In this document: positions 38,857 to 49,194 of the stretch, piece by piece
How positions within the stretch are numbered: position 1 is the first letter of the stretch
Layout: each line of letters begins with the position of its first letter
Origin: Alphaproteobacteria bacterium
GTDB lineage: Bacteria; Pseudomonadota; Alphaproteobacteria; UBA828
Reading direction: 5' to 3'
NCBI GenBank assembly: GCA_965220745.1
Contig: CBDCQT010000010.1
Coordinates: 576,001 to 640,000 of the forward strand
Length of the DNA: 64,000 bases
The notes under the pieces: generated by a model
Database searches by the model: none
Told to the model about the DNA's origin: nothing
The model's input: the letters and a program-made list of their open reading frames with translations, nothing else
Program-made: the position numbers and the translations under genes

Positions 38857-40067
38857 CACGTCGCCGCCGCCAATCGTCCGAGACGTGCATCCGCCCGCCA
38901 CACGCCGACAACGACTGCGAGACCGAGAGAGGACCAGACCAGCATCGTCCACCATGCGGCGTCCCACCCGCCGAGCGCCTCGGTCACCGCAGCCAGCAGC
39001 GGCGGGCCGAGCACGGCGCCGAGCGCGGCTCCCTGCGCGACGAAGCCGCCGGCCATCGCCACCTGCGCCTGGCTCGGCGCGTGGGCGATGCCGCCTTCGA
39101 AGCAGACGGCGGGTAACGGGCCACCCGCCAAGGCGAAGCAGACGGCCAGCGGGATCTTGGCGTCGACAGGCGTGAAGGGCGCGAAGAGCGTCGCAGCGCA
39201 CACGCCCATGCCTGTGAAGGTGAGTCCCAACAGCAGCCAGCGCGCGGCGCCACGCTGCAAGAGCCACGCACTGGTTACGGAGCCCACGGTGGTGGCGAGG
39301 ACGAAGAGCGCGGTGAAGAGCGCGGCAGCCTCGACCGAGCGGCCTTGCGTCTCGATCAGGAAAGTGGGCAGCCACGCCATCAGCGCCTGCCACTGCACGG
39401 CGAAAATCGCGAAGGCAATGCCGAAGAGCCAGGGCCCCGGCCGAGCCAGAGTCGCGCGCACGCCGGCTCGGTCGAATGTGCTGCCCGCCGCCGGCATCTG
39501 CCAGCGCCCCGGCGCCGCGACCCAGGCGAAAGTCACGAGGAAGAGCAGGATCAGCCCGGTATTGATGAACCAAAGGCCGCGCCAGCCGACCGTCTCCAGC
39601 AGCACCGTCGCGATCACCAGCGAGAGCGCGATGCCAACCGGCATGTAGGTGCCCCAGACGCCGAGGACGAAGCGGCGCACGCCGGTATCGGTTGCGGCGA
39701 CGAGCATCTTGGGCCCGGCAACCGTGAGGGTGGCGAAGCCGAAGCCTTCGACGATGCGGGCCGCGAGCAGCTGCGCGCCGTTCTCCGCGAAGCCTCCGGC
39801 AAGGCTCGCGCAGGCCATCACGGCGCCGCCCACGAAGACCATGCGCCCGATGCCCGCCCGGTCGACTATCACCCCGCCGGCAACCCCCAGGACGGCGCCC
39901 ATGCCGTAGAAGGATGACGCGATCAGCCCGGCGATGACGCGGGGCAGGGCGAGCTCCGCTTCCAGCATCGGCAACGCGGGCGGCACCTTGCCGACCTGCA
40001 TGCCCACCATGTAGCCGGCCGTGAAGGCGAGGGCCACGATGTCCCAACGGGTGCGGGTAGGGGACAC
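38856..40067 (-). CDS. MFS transporter (CynX-like)
   Basis: QVGKVPPALP, RIVEG, about 12 TM helices. Confidence 0.85.
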   Translation of the reverse strand: MSPTRTRWDIVALAFTAGYMVGMQVGKVPPALPMLEAELALPRVIAGLIASSFYGMGAVLGVAGGVIVDRAGIGRMVFVGGAVMACASLAGGFAENGAQLLAARIVEGFGFATLTVAGPKMLVAATDTGVRRFVLGVWGTYMPVGIALSLVIATVLLETVGWRGLWFINTGLILLFLVTFAWVAAPGRWQMPAAGSTFDRAGVRATLARPGPWLFGIAFAIFAVQWQALMAWLPTFLIETQGRSVEAAALFTALFVLATTVGSVTSAWLLQRGAARWLLLGLTFTGMGVCAATLFAPFTPVDAKIPLAVCFALAGGPLPAVCFEGGIAHAPSQAQVAMAGGFVAQGAALGAVLGPPLLAAVTEALGGWDAAWWTMLVWSSLGLAVVVGVWRADARLGRLAAAT

Positions 40068-40069
40068 GA

Positions 40070-42274
40070 TCAGCGCCGCCGACGCGGCCTGCCACGCCGT
40101 CTGCCGTCACGGTCCCGCGACGACTCCCAGGCCTCACCGTTCACGGCAGAGAGCGAGAAGACGAGGCCGCCGGCGACCGGGTTGGCCTCCCGGAGCGTCA
40201 CGACCACCGGATCGCCCAGGCGCAGGACGCGCCCGTCGACCGCGAGCGAGTGCCGGCGGGAATCGAAGCGCGGCCGGGCGGCGCCGAGGGTCGCACCCGG
40301 CACCAGGCCTTCGGCACCGGTCTCGTCGAGGGAGACGAAGATGCCGAAGCGCGTCACGCCGGCGATCCGCCCGTCGAATTCCGCATCCACGCGATCGGCC
40401 AGGTAGGCGGCGCAGTAGCGATCCCCGGCATCGCGCTCGGCGGCCTGCGCGCGCCGCTCGGTGGAGGAGATGTGCGCGCTGACGCGCTCCAGCACCTCCG
40501 GCTCTGTGCGGCCGGCGCCGCCCGGCCCGAGGTTGTAAGCATCGATCAGGGCGCGATGGACCAGCAGGTCGGCGTAGCGGCGGATCGGCGAGGTGAAATG
40601 GGCGTAGCGCACGAGGCCGAGCCCGTAGTGGCCGATGTTGCGCGGGCTGTAGGCGGCCTGCGCCTGGGCGCGCAGGATCATCAGGCTGGCGATGCTGGCA
40701 TCGCGCGGGTTCTCGAGCAGGGCGAGGAAGCGGTTGAAGGTATCGGGGCTGAGCGCGCCGCTGCGCGGCAGAGCGATCCCGCGGCTGCGGAGGAACTCGC
40801 GCAGCACGTCCAGCTTCGCGGTATCGGGCCGGTCGTGGACGCGGTACATGCAAGGCACACGCTTGGCTTCGAGGGCGCTGGCGGCAGCGACGTTGGCCGC
40901 GATCATCAGCTCCTCAATCAGGCGGTGACTGTCGTGACGGCGGGCAAAGCCGATGCGGGCCACGGTGCCGTCGTCTGCCAGCGTGATCTCGCGCTCCGGC
41001 AGCTCCAGGTCGAGCGCGCCGCGCCGCTCGCGCGCCGCCTTGAGCGCACCGAAGACGCCGTAGAGCGCGGCGATCGAGGCACGGACCGGCGCTGGCAGGC
41101 CCTCGCCGTCGCGCTCGGCGGCGGCCTGAACCTCGTCGTAGGTGAGCCGCGCGGCCGAGCGCATGAGCGCGCGCTCGAAGCGCCAGTCGCGCAGTTCGCC
41201 GTCGGCGTCAATGCGGAGGTGCGCGGCGAGGCAGGCGCGGTCGACACCGGGCTTCAGCGAGCAGAGCTCGGCGGAGAGCGCCTCCGGCAGCATCGGCACC
41301 ACGCGATCGGGGAAGTAGGCGGAATTGCCGCGCTCTTGTGCCGCCCTGTCGAGAGCGCTGCCGGGGCGCACGAAGTGGGCCACGTCGGCGATGGCGACGA
41401 CCGCGCGCCAGCCGCCCTTGTTGTCCGGCGCGGGGTCGGGCTCGGCCCAGACCGCGTCGTCGAAATCGCGGGCGTCGGCGCCGTCGATGGTCACCAGGGG
41501 CAGGGTCCGCAGGTCGGCGCGGCCGTCGAGGTCCGGTGCCGCCGCTTGCTCCGCCTCCGCGAGCGCCGCGTCGGAGAAGCGGAGCGGCAGGCCGTGAGCG
41601 TGGATCGCGGCGAGGCTGACCGCGCCGGGCGAGTCCGCGTCGCCCAGCCGCTCGACCACCCTGGCTTCGGCCAGGCCGAGGCGGCTGCCGGGCTCGGTCT
41701 CGCCCACCACCAGCTCGCCCGTGCGCGCACCGGCGGTCTGCTCCGCCGGCACCGTTAGATCGCGGCGGGAGCGGCGCTCGGCGGGCTCGATCACGCCGCC
41801 GCCGCTGCCGGTGGCGCGGAAGACGCCGACCACCCGGCGCGGGCCGGCATCGAGCACGCGCATGGGCCGCGCCAGGTAGCCGCCATCGGGCGCGGGCCTG
41901 AGCCGCGCGAGCACGCGATCGCCTTCCCCCGGCTCGGGCACGCCGCGCGGCGCGGGGTCGAGGGTGATTCGCGGGGGCGGATCGTCTTCCTCCCAGCGCG
42001 CCGGGCGGGCCGTGAGCGCGCCGTCCGCGTCGAGGCCGTCGACCTCCAGCACCGTGACCGACGGCAGGGTGCCGGCGGGGCGGCGTCGGGTGCGGCGCGC
42101 GTCGATTGCGCCCTCCGCCTCCAGCGAGCGCACGAGATCCTTCAGCGCGGCGCGATCGTTGCCGCGAATGTTGAAGGCGCGGGCGATCTCGCGCATTCCG
42201 GTCTTGCCGGGGCTCTCCCGGACAAAGCGCAGAACCTCGTCCCTGGTCGGAAAGGGAGCCGGCTTGCCTGCCAA
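40070..42274 (-). CDS. rnr: Ribonuclease R
   Basis: TIDGADARDFDDA, HFTSPIRRYADL, S1 domain. Confidence 0.95.
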   Translation of the reverse strand: MAGKPAPFPTRDEVLRFVRESPGKTGMREIARAFNIRGNDRAALKDLVRSLEAEGAIDARRTRRRPAGTLPSVTVLEVDGLDADGALTARPARWEEDDPPPRITLDPAPRGVPEPGEGDRVLARLRPAPDGGYLARPMRVLDAGPRRVVGVFRATGSGGGVIEPAERRSRRDLTVPAEQTAGARTGELVVGETEPGSRLGLAEARVVERLGDADSPGAVSLAAIHAHGLPLRFSDAALAEAEQAAAPDLDGRADLRTLPLVTIDGADARDFDDAVWAEPDPAPDNKGGWRAVVAIADVAHFVRPGSALDRAAQERGNSAYFPDRVVPMLPEALSAELCSLKPGVDRACLAAHLRIDADGELRDWRFERALMRSAARLTYDEVQAAAERDGEGLPAPVRASIAALYGVFGALKAARERRGALDLELPEREITLADDGTVARIGFARRHDSHRLIEELMIAANVAAASALEAKRVPCMYRVHDRPDTAKLDVLREFLRSRGIALPRSGALSPDTFNRFLALLENPRDASIASLMILRAQAQAAYSPRNIGHYGLGLVRYAHFTSPIRRYADLLVHRALIDAYNLGPGGAGRTEPEVLERVSAHISSTERRAQAAERDAGDRYCAAYLADRVDAEFDGRIAGVTRFGIFVSLDETGAEGLVPGATLGAARPRFDSRRHSLAVDGRVLRLGDPVVVTLREANPVAGGLVFSLSAVNGEAWESSRDRDGRRRGRPRRRR

Positions 42275-42289
42275 GAGCGCCGCGCGTCG

Positions 42290-44908
42290 CTAGGGCGCGC
42301 CGTCGGCAGGCGCGTCCGCTTGTCGGCGCGAGCCGCGCTTGGACTTCGACCGTGCCGTGCCGGTCGTGGCCGTTGCGGACTTGCGCCCGCGCCCGGCGCT
42401 CTTCTTCTTGGCGCCGCCCTTGACCGCCTTGGCGGCGAGCAGCTTGACCGCTTCATCGAGGGTGAGGTCGTCGTCGGACGTGCCTTTGGGCAGTGAGGCC
42501 CGCAGCCTGCCATGCTGGACGTAGGGCCCGTAGCGGCCTGTGTGGAGTGTTACCGCCTGGCCGCCGTCAGGGTGGGCGCCGAGCTCGCGCAGCAGACGCG
42601 CGCCGCCCTTCTTCTCGGCAATCAGGACCACGGCACGGTTCAGGCCCACGTCCAGCACGTTCTCGCCGCGCGGCAGCGAGCGATAGGCGCCGTCGTGCTT
42701 GACGTAGGCGCCGAAGCGGCCGATGCCGGCGGTGACCGGCTTGCCGGTCTCGGGGTGAGTGCCGATCTCACGCGGGAGCGCCAACAGGCCGAGCGCCGTC
42801 TGGAGATCGACCAGGTCCGGCGCGAGGTCCTGAGGTAGCGACACGCGCTTGGGCTTCTCCTTGGTGGTGCCGTCCACGCCGCGCTCGACGTAGAGGCCGT
42901 AGGGACCGCGCTTCAACTGAACGGGGAAGCCGGTCTCAGGGTCGTTCCCCAGCGTGCGGGGCTCCGCTGCATCGCCGCCGTTGTCGGCGAGCGGGCGCGT
43001 GTACTTGCACTCGGGATAGTTGGCGCAACCGACGAAGGGGCCGTAGCGCCCGAGCTTGAGTCCGAGGCGCCCGTCCGCGCAGGAGGGGCAGCGGCGGTCC
43101 TCGCCGCCGTCCTCGGCGGGAAAGAGGTGCAGGCCGAGGGTCTCGTCGAGGGCGTCGAGCACATGCTTGACCCGGAGCCCCTTGGTCTCTTCCACCGCGC
43201 CGGCGAAGTCCCGCCAGAAATCGCTCAGCACCGCCCGCCAGTCGATTTCGCCGGCGGAGATGGTGTCGAGCTGGCCTTCGAGCGAGGCGGTGAAGTCGTA
43301 CTCGACATAGCGGCTGAAGAAGTTTTCGAGGAACACCGTGACGATGCGCCCGCGGTCCTCCGGCACGAAGCGGCGCTTCTCCAGGCGCACGTAGTTGCGG
43401 TCCTGCAGCACCGAGATGATCGAGGCATAGGTGGAGGGGCGGCCGATGCCGAGCTCTTCGAGCCGCCTGACCAGGCTCGCTTCCGAGAAACGCGGCGGCG
43501 GCTCGGTCACGTGCTTGTTCGGTGTGACGCCGGCGACCGCCATCGCCTCGCCCACGGTGACCGCCGGCAGCCTGCGCTCGTCGTCCGCGTCGTCGCCGCC
43601 TTCGCGCCGGGCGTCGTCGCGGCCCTCCTGATAGACGCGCAAGAAGCCGTCGAAGGCGATCGTCGAACCGGTGGCGCGCAGCCCGGTGCGGCCGTCGTCG
43701 GAGGCGATATCCACGCTCACACGGTCGATCTCGGCACTCGCCATCTGGCTCGCGAGCGCGCGCTTCCAGATCAGCTCGTAGAGCCGCGCCTGGTCCTTCT
43801 TGAGCACGGCCGAGAGCGACTGTGGCGTGCGGGCGAGATCGGTGGGGCGGATGGCTTCGTGCGCCTCTTGCGCGTTCTTGGCCTTGGTGCGATAGCGGCG
43901 GGGCTTCTCCGGCACGTAGTTCGAGCCGTAGCGTTGCCCGATCACATCCCGCGCCTGGCGCAGCGCCTGCTCGGCGATCTGCACGCCGTCGGTCCGCATG
44001 TAGGTGATGAGGCCCACCTGCTCGCCGCCCACCGCGATGCCTTCGTAGAGTTGCTGGGCCACCTGCATGGTGCGGCGCGCGGCGAAGCCGAGCTTGCGTG
44101 AGGCCTCCTGCTGCAGGGTGGATGTGGTGAAGGGGGGCGCCGGATTGCGCTTGACCCGCTTGGGCTCGACGGCGGCGATGCGGTAGCGGCCGGCGCGGAC
44201 GAGTTCGGCCGCCCGTTCGGCCGCAGCCTGGTCGCCGAGTGCGTACTTGCCGAGCTTCTCGCCGTCGAAGGCGGCGAGGCGGGCCACCATGCGCTCGCCC
44301 CTGGGCGTGTCGAGATCGACCTCGATCGACCAGTACTCGCGCGGCTTGAACGCCTCGATCTCGAGCTCGCGCGCGCAGATCAGGCGGAGCGCGACCGATT
44401 GTACGCGGCCGGCCGAGCGCGAGCCGGGCAGCTTGCGCCAGAGCACCGGGGAGAGCGTGAAGCCCACCAGGTAGTCGAGCGCACGGCGCGCCCTGTAGGC
44501 GTCGATCAGGTTGTCGTCGAGGTCGCGGGGGGCGGCCATGGCGTCGAGCACGGCGGACTTGGTGACCTCGGTGAAGACCACGCGCTTGACCGCGACACCG
44601 TCCAGCAGCCCGCGCCGGCTGAGCTCGTCCCGCACGTGCCAGGAGATCGCCTCGCCCTCGCGGTCAGGGTCGGTGGCGAGATAGAGATGGTTCGCGCCCC
44701 GGAGCGCCTTGCGGATGGCGCCGATGTGCTTCTCGGCACCATCGGCGACGGTCCAGTCCATGGCGAAGGCATCGTCCGGCCGCACCGAGCCGTCCTTGGG
44801 CAGGAGGTCGCGAACGTGCCCGTAGGAGGCCACGACCTTGTAGTCGGGCCCCAGGTACCTGCCGATGGTGGACGCCTTGGTGGGCGATTCGACGACGACG
44901 ACGTTCAT
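42290..44908 (-). CDS. topA: DNA topoisomerase I
   Basis: VVESPTKA, ATDPDREGE, SAGRVQS, ITYMRTD, GIGRPSTY, C-terminal GRYGPY repeats. Confidence 0.97.
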   Translation of the reverse strand: MNVVVVESPTKASTIGRYLGPDYKVVASYGHVRDLLPKDGSVRPDDAFAMDWTVADGAEKHIGAIRKALRGANHLYLATDPDREGEAISWHVRDELSRRGLLDGVAVKRVVFTEVTKSAVLDAMAAPRDLDDNLIDAYRARRALDYLVGFTLSPVLWRKLPGSRSAGRVQSVALRLICARELEIEAFKPREYWSIEVDLDTPRGERMVARLAAFDGEKLGKYALGDQAAAERAAELVRAGRYRIAAVEPKRVKRNPAPPFTTSTLQQEASRKLGFAARRTMQVAQQLYEGIAVGGEQVGLITYMRTDGVQIAEQALRQARDVIGQRYGSNYVPEKPRRYRTKAKNAQEAHEAIRPTDLARTPQSLSAVLKKDQARLYELIWKRALASQMASAEIDRVSVDIASDDGRTGLRATGSTIAFDGFLRVYQEGRDDARREGGDDADDERRLPAVTVGEAMAVAGVTPNKHVTEPPPRFSEASLVRRLEELGIGRPSTYASIISVLQDRNYVRLEKRRFVPEDRGRIVTVFLENFFSRYVEYDFTASLEGQLDTISAGEIDWRAVLSDFWRDFAGAVEETKGLRVKHVLDALDETLGLHLFPAEDGGEDRRCPSCADGRLGLKLGRYGPFVGCANYPECKYTRPLADNGGDAAEPRTLGNDPETGFPVQLKRGPYGLYVERGVDGTTKEKPKRVSLPQDLAPDLVDLQTALGLLALPREIGTHPETGKPVTAGIGRFGAYVKHDGAYRSLPRGENVLDVGLNRAVVLIAEKKGGARLLRELGAHPDGGQAVTLHTGRYGPYVQHGRLRASLPKGTSDDDLTLDEAVKLLAAKAVKGGAKKKSAGRGRKSATATTGTARSKSKRGSRRQADAPADGAP

Positions 44909-44943
44909 CCTGAAACGATTGCTGGTAGCGTCATCGGGCGGCG

Positions 44944-46092
44944 CTACGCCGCCGGCTCGGAGAGTGAAACGCGGTTGCCGGGCTGCCGCTCCAGGCGTCC
45001 CGCCAACTCAAGCTCAAGCAAAATGGTTGCCACCATCGCGGGAGTCAACCGGCTCTGCCTGACCAGCATGTCCACCGGCACGGGGCTCGGGCCGAGCAAT
45101 GCGCTCACCGCGTCGCGGGCGTTGGCAGGGGCGTCGTGGTCCTCGGGCGGGCCGGGAGCGGCCTCTGTCGGCCAGCGTTGCCGGGGTTCGCTGAGCGCCT
45201 GGCGGCCGCCTTCGGCGAGCGCCTCGAGCACGTGGTCGGCGTTCTCCACCAGCGTGGCTCCCTGGCGAATCAAGCGGTTAGGACCGCTGGCGCGGGGGTC
45301 GAGGGGCGAGCCGGGGACTGCCATCACTTCGCGGCCCTGCTCGAGCGCGAGCCGCGCCGTGATGAGAGAGCCGGAGCGCGCCGCGCCCTCGACGATCACG
45401 ACGCCTCGGGAGAGTCCGGCGATGATGCGGTTGCGGCGCGGGAAGTGGCGCCCTATCGGCACGGTGCCGAGCGGCGCCTCAGCGACGACCGTCCCTTCCG
45501 CCAGCAGCTTCTCGAAGAGCGCCCTGTTCTCCTTGGGATAGAGCACATCGACGCCGCCGCCCATGACAGCCACCGTGCCGGTGGCGAGCGCGCCGGTGTG
45601 GGCGTGGGCGTCGATGCCTCGGGCCATGCCCGAGACCACGGTGAGCCCGGCCGCGCCGAGGTCCGTCGCCAGTCGCTCCGCGAAGTGAAGCCCGTTGGCA
45701 GACGCGTTGCGCGCCCCCACCACGGCGATGCACTCGCTCGCGAGGAGGTCCGCGCGTCCGCGCAGGGCGAGCACCGGCGGCGGGTCGTCGATAGCGGCGA
45801 GCGCCAGCGGATAGGCGGGCTCGCCGACGGCGATCAGGTGCCCGCCGAGCCGGTCCAGCGCCTCGACCTCGCGCTCGGCGGTGGCGCGCGCGCAGACCTT
45901 GATGGGGCGCCGGCGGCCGCCGCGGCGCGCGAGCGCAGGCAGCGCGTCGAGCACGGCGGCGGGGGAGCCGAAGCGCTCCAGCAGAGCGAAGAAGGTGATC
46001 GGGCCGACGTTCTCGCTGCGCGCGAGGCGCAGCCAGTCGAGCCGCTCGGCGTCGGTCAGTGTGCGGGGTTCGTCGACGTGAGAGGCGTTCAT
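44944..46092 (-). CDS. dprA: DNA-processing protein DprA
   Basis: LRLARSENVGP, VGARNAS, SGMARGID, FPRRNRII, SGSLITA. Confidence 0.95.
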   Translation of the reverse strand: MNASHVDEPRTLTDAERLDWLRLARSENVGPITFFALLERFGSPAAVLDALPALARRGGRRRPIKVCARATAEREVEALDRLGGHLIAVGEPAYPLALAAIDDPPPVLALRGRADLLASECIAVVGARNASANGLHFAERLATDLGAAGLTVVSGMARGIDAHAHTGALATGTVAVMGGGVDVLYPKENRALFEKLLAEGTVVAEAPLGTVPIGRHFPRRNRIIAGLSRGVVIVEGAARSGSLITARLALEQGREVMAVPGSPLDPRASGPNRLIRQGATLVENADHVLEALAEGGRQALSEPRQRWPTEAAPGPPEDHDAPANARDAVSALLGPSPVPVDMLVRQSRLTPAMVATILLELELAGRLERQPGNRVSLSEPAA

Positions 46093-46739
46093 TGGCCCGC
46101 CGGCGGCTCGGCCTCTGGCACGGCCTGTGCGCTGCGGCCGATGCGGGGCTCGCGGCCCCGCGCGAGGCGCACGATGTTCGCGGCGTGGCGCAGCGTCACG
46201 ATGACCGCGAGGAAGCCCGCGAGCCACGATATCTGCGGCATGTCGAAGAGGATCGCGAAGCCAGGTGACGCGCAAATCGCGATCAAGGCGGCGAGGGAGG
46301 AATAGCGGAAGAGCCCGGCGACGGCGAGCCAGAGCCCGCAGGCGACGAGCCCCACCGGCCACGCGATGGCGAGCAGCACGCCCAAGGTCGTGGCCACGCC
46401 CTTGCCACCCTTGAAGAGAAGCCAGACCGGCGCGATGTGGCCCACGACCACGCAGCCTGCGGCGATCACCGCCATGTCGGGGCCGAAGCGCTGGGCGATG
46501 ACCACGGCGACGGCGCCCTTGCCGCCGTCGAGCAGCAGGGTGAGCGCGGCTGCCGCCTTGTTTCCGGTGCGCAGCACGTTGGTCGCCCCGATGTTGCCGG
46601 AGCCGATGCGCCGCAGGTCGCCGAGCTTGAAGAGGCGCGCGACGATCAACCCCATGGGGAGCGCGCCGATCAGATAGGCGATGACCCCGCCGGCGTAGAA
46701 CGGCCAGGTGAAGGCGAAGTTGCCGAGCGGATCGGGCAC
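46089..46739 (-). CDS. plsY: Glycerol-3-phosphate acyltransferase
   Basis: GSGNIGATNVLR, DGGKG, FKGGKGVAT, H.ANI.RL. Confidence 0.95.
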   Translation of the reverse strand: MPDPLGNFAFTWPFYAGGVIAYLIGALPMGLIVARLFKLGDLRRIGSGNIGATNVLRTGNKAAAALTLLLDGGKGAVAVVIAQRFGPDMAVIAAGCVVVGHIAPVWLLFKGGKGVATTLGVLLAIAWPVGLVACGLWLAVAGLFRYSSLAALIAICASPGFAILFDMPQISWLAGFLAVIVTLRHAANIVRLARGREPRIGRSAQAVPEAEPPAGQ

Positions 46740-46753
46740 CGCGACCGGCCGGA

Positions 46754-47785
46754 CTAGGGCCGCATGATCATGCGACCGAAGAAGTTGCGGCTTTCCATCA
46801 GCGCGTGGGCCGCCGGCGCCTCGCTCAGGGCGAAGGTCTGGTGGATCACCGGCTTGAGATGGCCCTCCGCCATCAGCCCGAGCACGCGCTCGACGTGGCC
46901 CTTGGTCGAGCGCCCGCAGCCGTGCACCGCGATGTGCTTGCGGAAGAACTCGATGAAGTCGATCTCCACCCGCTCGCCGCCGTGGGCGCCGATGGTGGCG
47001 AGCCGGGCGCCGGGCGCGAGCGCGTCGATGGCGCCCACGAGGATTGCGCCGCCGGTCATCTCCAGCGCCGCGTCGACGCCGCGGCCATCGGTGAGCCGGC
47101 GGGCCGCGTCACCGATGTCCTCGCGGGTGTAGTCGATGGCCGCGTCGGCGCCGAGCGCGCGGGCCTTCTCCAGCTTCTCCTCGGAGCCTGCGGCGGCGAT
47201 CACCCGCGCACCCGCGAGCTTCGCGATCTGCACGGCGGCGGAGCCGACGCCGCCGCCCGCCGCAGTGATCAGCACCGTCTCGCCGGCGCGGAGGGCGATC
47301 TCCTCGATCAAAGCTTCCCAGGCGGTGGCGAAGGGAATCTGGCCGGCCACCGCGTCTTCGTAGGAGAGCGAATCGGGGATGCGGACGACGTGGTCATGGC
47401 GCACCCGCACATACTCCGCGTAGCCGCCCCAATGGGTGACTCCGAGGACGCCCGCGTTCATGCACAGATTCTCGCGGCCGTCGCGGCAGTCGCCGCAGGT
47501 ACCGCAGCTCAGCATGAAGTGGGGCGCGACGCGGTCGCCCTCGCTGAAGCCCGTCACCCCGGCACCCACGTCCGCGACCGCGCCTGCCGCGTCCACGCCC
47601 ATGACGTGCGGCATGGGGCTGTCCACGCCGAAGAGCCCCTTGCGCAGGTCGGTGTCGCAGTGGTTCACGCCCGAGGCGTGGACCTTGATGAGGAGCTCGC
47701 CAGGGCCGGCGGCGGGGGTCTGGACATCCTCGTAGACGATCGTGTCGAAGGCCTCGCCGTAGCCGTGGATCACCGCCGCTTTCAT
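46754..47785 (-). CDS. Zinc-binding dehydrogenase (MDR family)
   Basis: CGTCGDC...ENLC structural Zn site, AGGGVG, GGYAEY. Confidence 0.9.
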   Translation of the reverse strand: MKAAVIHGYGEAFDTIVYEDVQTPAAGPGELLIKVHASGVNHCDTDLRKGLFGVDSPMPHVMGVDAAGAVADVGAGVTGFSEGDRVAPHFMLSCGTCGDCRDGRENLCMNAGVLGVTHWGGYAEYVRVRHDHVVRIPDSLSYEDAVAGQIPFATAWEALIEEIALRAGETVLITAAGGGVGSAAVQIAKLAGARVIAAAGSEEKLEKARALGADAAIDYTREDIGDAARRLTDGRGVDAALEMTGGAILVGAIDALAPGARLATIGAHGGERVEIDFIEFFRKHIAVHGCGRSTKGHVERVLGLMAEGHLKPVIHQTFALSEAPAAHALMESRNFFGRMIMRP

Positions 47786-48732
47786 GCCCTCCCTCCCGCG
47801 ACCCGCACCCTGGCGCGCCCGTCTGCCGAGGCCGCCACCAGGGCCGCGGCCCGATGGACGCTCGTATGCCGGCGCGCAAGGCGGTCCAGATCGTCGGCAT
47901 AGCCGCCACCCACCACGCAGGCGGTCGGCACATCGGCCTCGCGGCAGGTCTCGATCACGTAGCGGTCGCGCCTGGCGAGGCCGCCGTCGCCAAGCGCGAG
48001 CCGGCCGAGCTTGTCCTCCACATGGGGATCGACGCCGGCATTGTAGAACACGATGTCCGGCCGATGGTCCGCGAGCAGTGCCGGCAGGTGGGTCGCCAGC
48101 ACCGAATGATAGACGTCATCGCCGGTGCCGGGCGGGACGCCGATGTCGAGATCGCTGGTCTCCTTCGAGGGCGGATAGTTGGCCTCGCAGTGGAGCGAGA
48201 AGGTGAAGACCTCCGGCTCGCTCTGGAAGATCGCCGCCGTGCCGTCGCCCTGATGGACGTCGAGATCCACCACCAGCGCCCGCTCGATCAGCCCTTCGGA
48301 ACGCAGCACGCGGATTGCGACGGCGACATCGTTGAAGAGGCAGAAGCCGGCACCGTGATCGGCAAAGGCATGGTGGCTGCCCCCCGCCGTGTTGCAGGCG
48401 AGCCCGTGCTCCAGCGCGAGGCGGCCGGTGAGCACGGTCCCGCCCACCGCGGCGCGACCGCGGCGGACCAGGGCGTCGGAGAGCGGCAGCCCGAGCCGGC
48501 GGATGGCGCGGCGGTCGAGCGCGAGGGTCAGCACAGCGTCGACGTAGGCCTCGTCATGCGCGAGCGTCAGCCACCCCCGAGACGCGGGCGTTGGCTCTAC
48601 GAGGTTCGCCGGCGCAATCACGCCGTCCTCCAGCAGCACGTCCTTGATCCGGCCGAACTTCCCGATGGGGAAGCGATGGCCGGGCGGCAGCGGAACCGTG
48701 TAATCGGGGTGAAAGACGACCGGAAGGGTCAC
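47782..48732 (-). CDS. Histone deacetylase family amidohydrolase
   Basis: [30 protein letters not shown]. Confidence 0.92.
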   Translation of the reverse strand: MTLPVVFHPDYTVPLPPGHRFPIGKFGRIKDVLLEDGVIAPANLVEPTPASRGWLTLAHDEAYVDAVLTLALDRRAIRRLGLPLSDALVRRGRAAVGGTVLTGRLALEHGLACNTAGGSHHAFADHGAGFCLFNDVAVAIRVLRSEGLIERALVVDLDVHQGDGTAAIFQSEPEVFTFSLHCEANYPPSKETSDLDIGVPPGTGDDVYHSVLATHLPALLADHRPDIVFYNAGVDPHVEDKLGRLALGDGGLARRDRYVIETCREADVPTACVVGGGYADDLDRLARRHTSVHRAAALVAASADGRARVRVAGGRA

Positions 48733-48749
48733 GGGCACCGGGCAAACGA

Positions 48750-49097
48750 CTAGAGGATGGACAACACGCTCTCGGGCGGCCGGCCGAGGGCCGCGCGGGC
48801 GCCGTTCACGACGACGGGCCGCTCGATGACGATGGGATTGGCCACCATAAGGTCGATCAGCGCGCGGCGGGAAAGACCATCGTCGGCCATGCCGGCCTCG
48901 CGATAGGCGGCCGCCTTCGTTCGCATCAGCGCGCGTGGCTCGATCCCGAGCTTGGTGAGCACGACGTCCAACTCGTCGGCCGAGGGCGGTGTCTTCAGAT
49001 ACTCCACGACTTGCGGCTCGATGCCCTGGTCCCGCAACAACTGCAATGTTTGACGGGACTTGGAGCAGCGCGGGTTGTGGTAAATAGTCACCGCCAT
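48750..49097 (-). CDS. arsC: Glutaredoxin-dependent arsenate reductase family protein
   Basis: [22 protein letters not shown]. Confidence 0.92.
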   Translation of the reverse strand: MAVTIYHNPRCSKSRQTLQLLRDQGIEPQVVEYLKTPPSADELDVVLTKLGIEPRALMRTKAAAYREAGMADDGLSRRALIDLMVANPIVIERPVVVNGARAALGRPPESVLSIL

Positions 49098-49194
49098 GTC
49101 GTCCCTCCCGGTGCATCGCAGGGCGGCGGCACTCTGGCACGCGCTCACGCGGGGTGTCCAGAGGCCGGCCCCATGCGCCTCGCGCGCACGTATC

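Noticed and set aside
32702-40137. Apparent N-terminal extensions or fusions in the ORF track (32702-33898, 34572-35936, 36515-38479, 37870-40137)
   Set aside because: Extensions overlap other real genes; homology begins at internal starts
49096-49194. MscS ATG overlapping the divergent arsC start
   Set aside because: Leaves no room for promoters; a downstream GTG at 49195 gives a normal signal peptide
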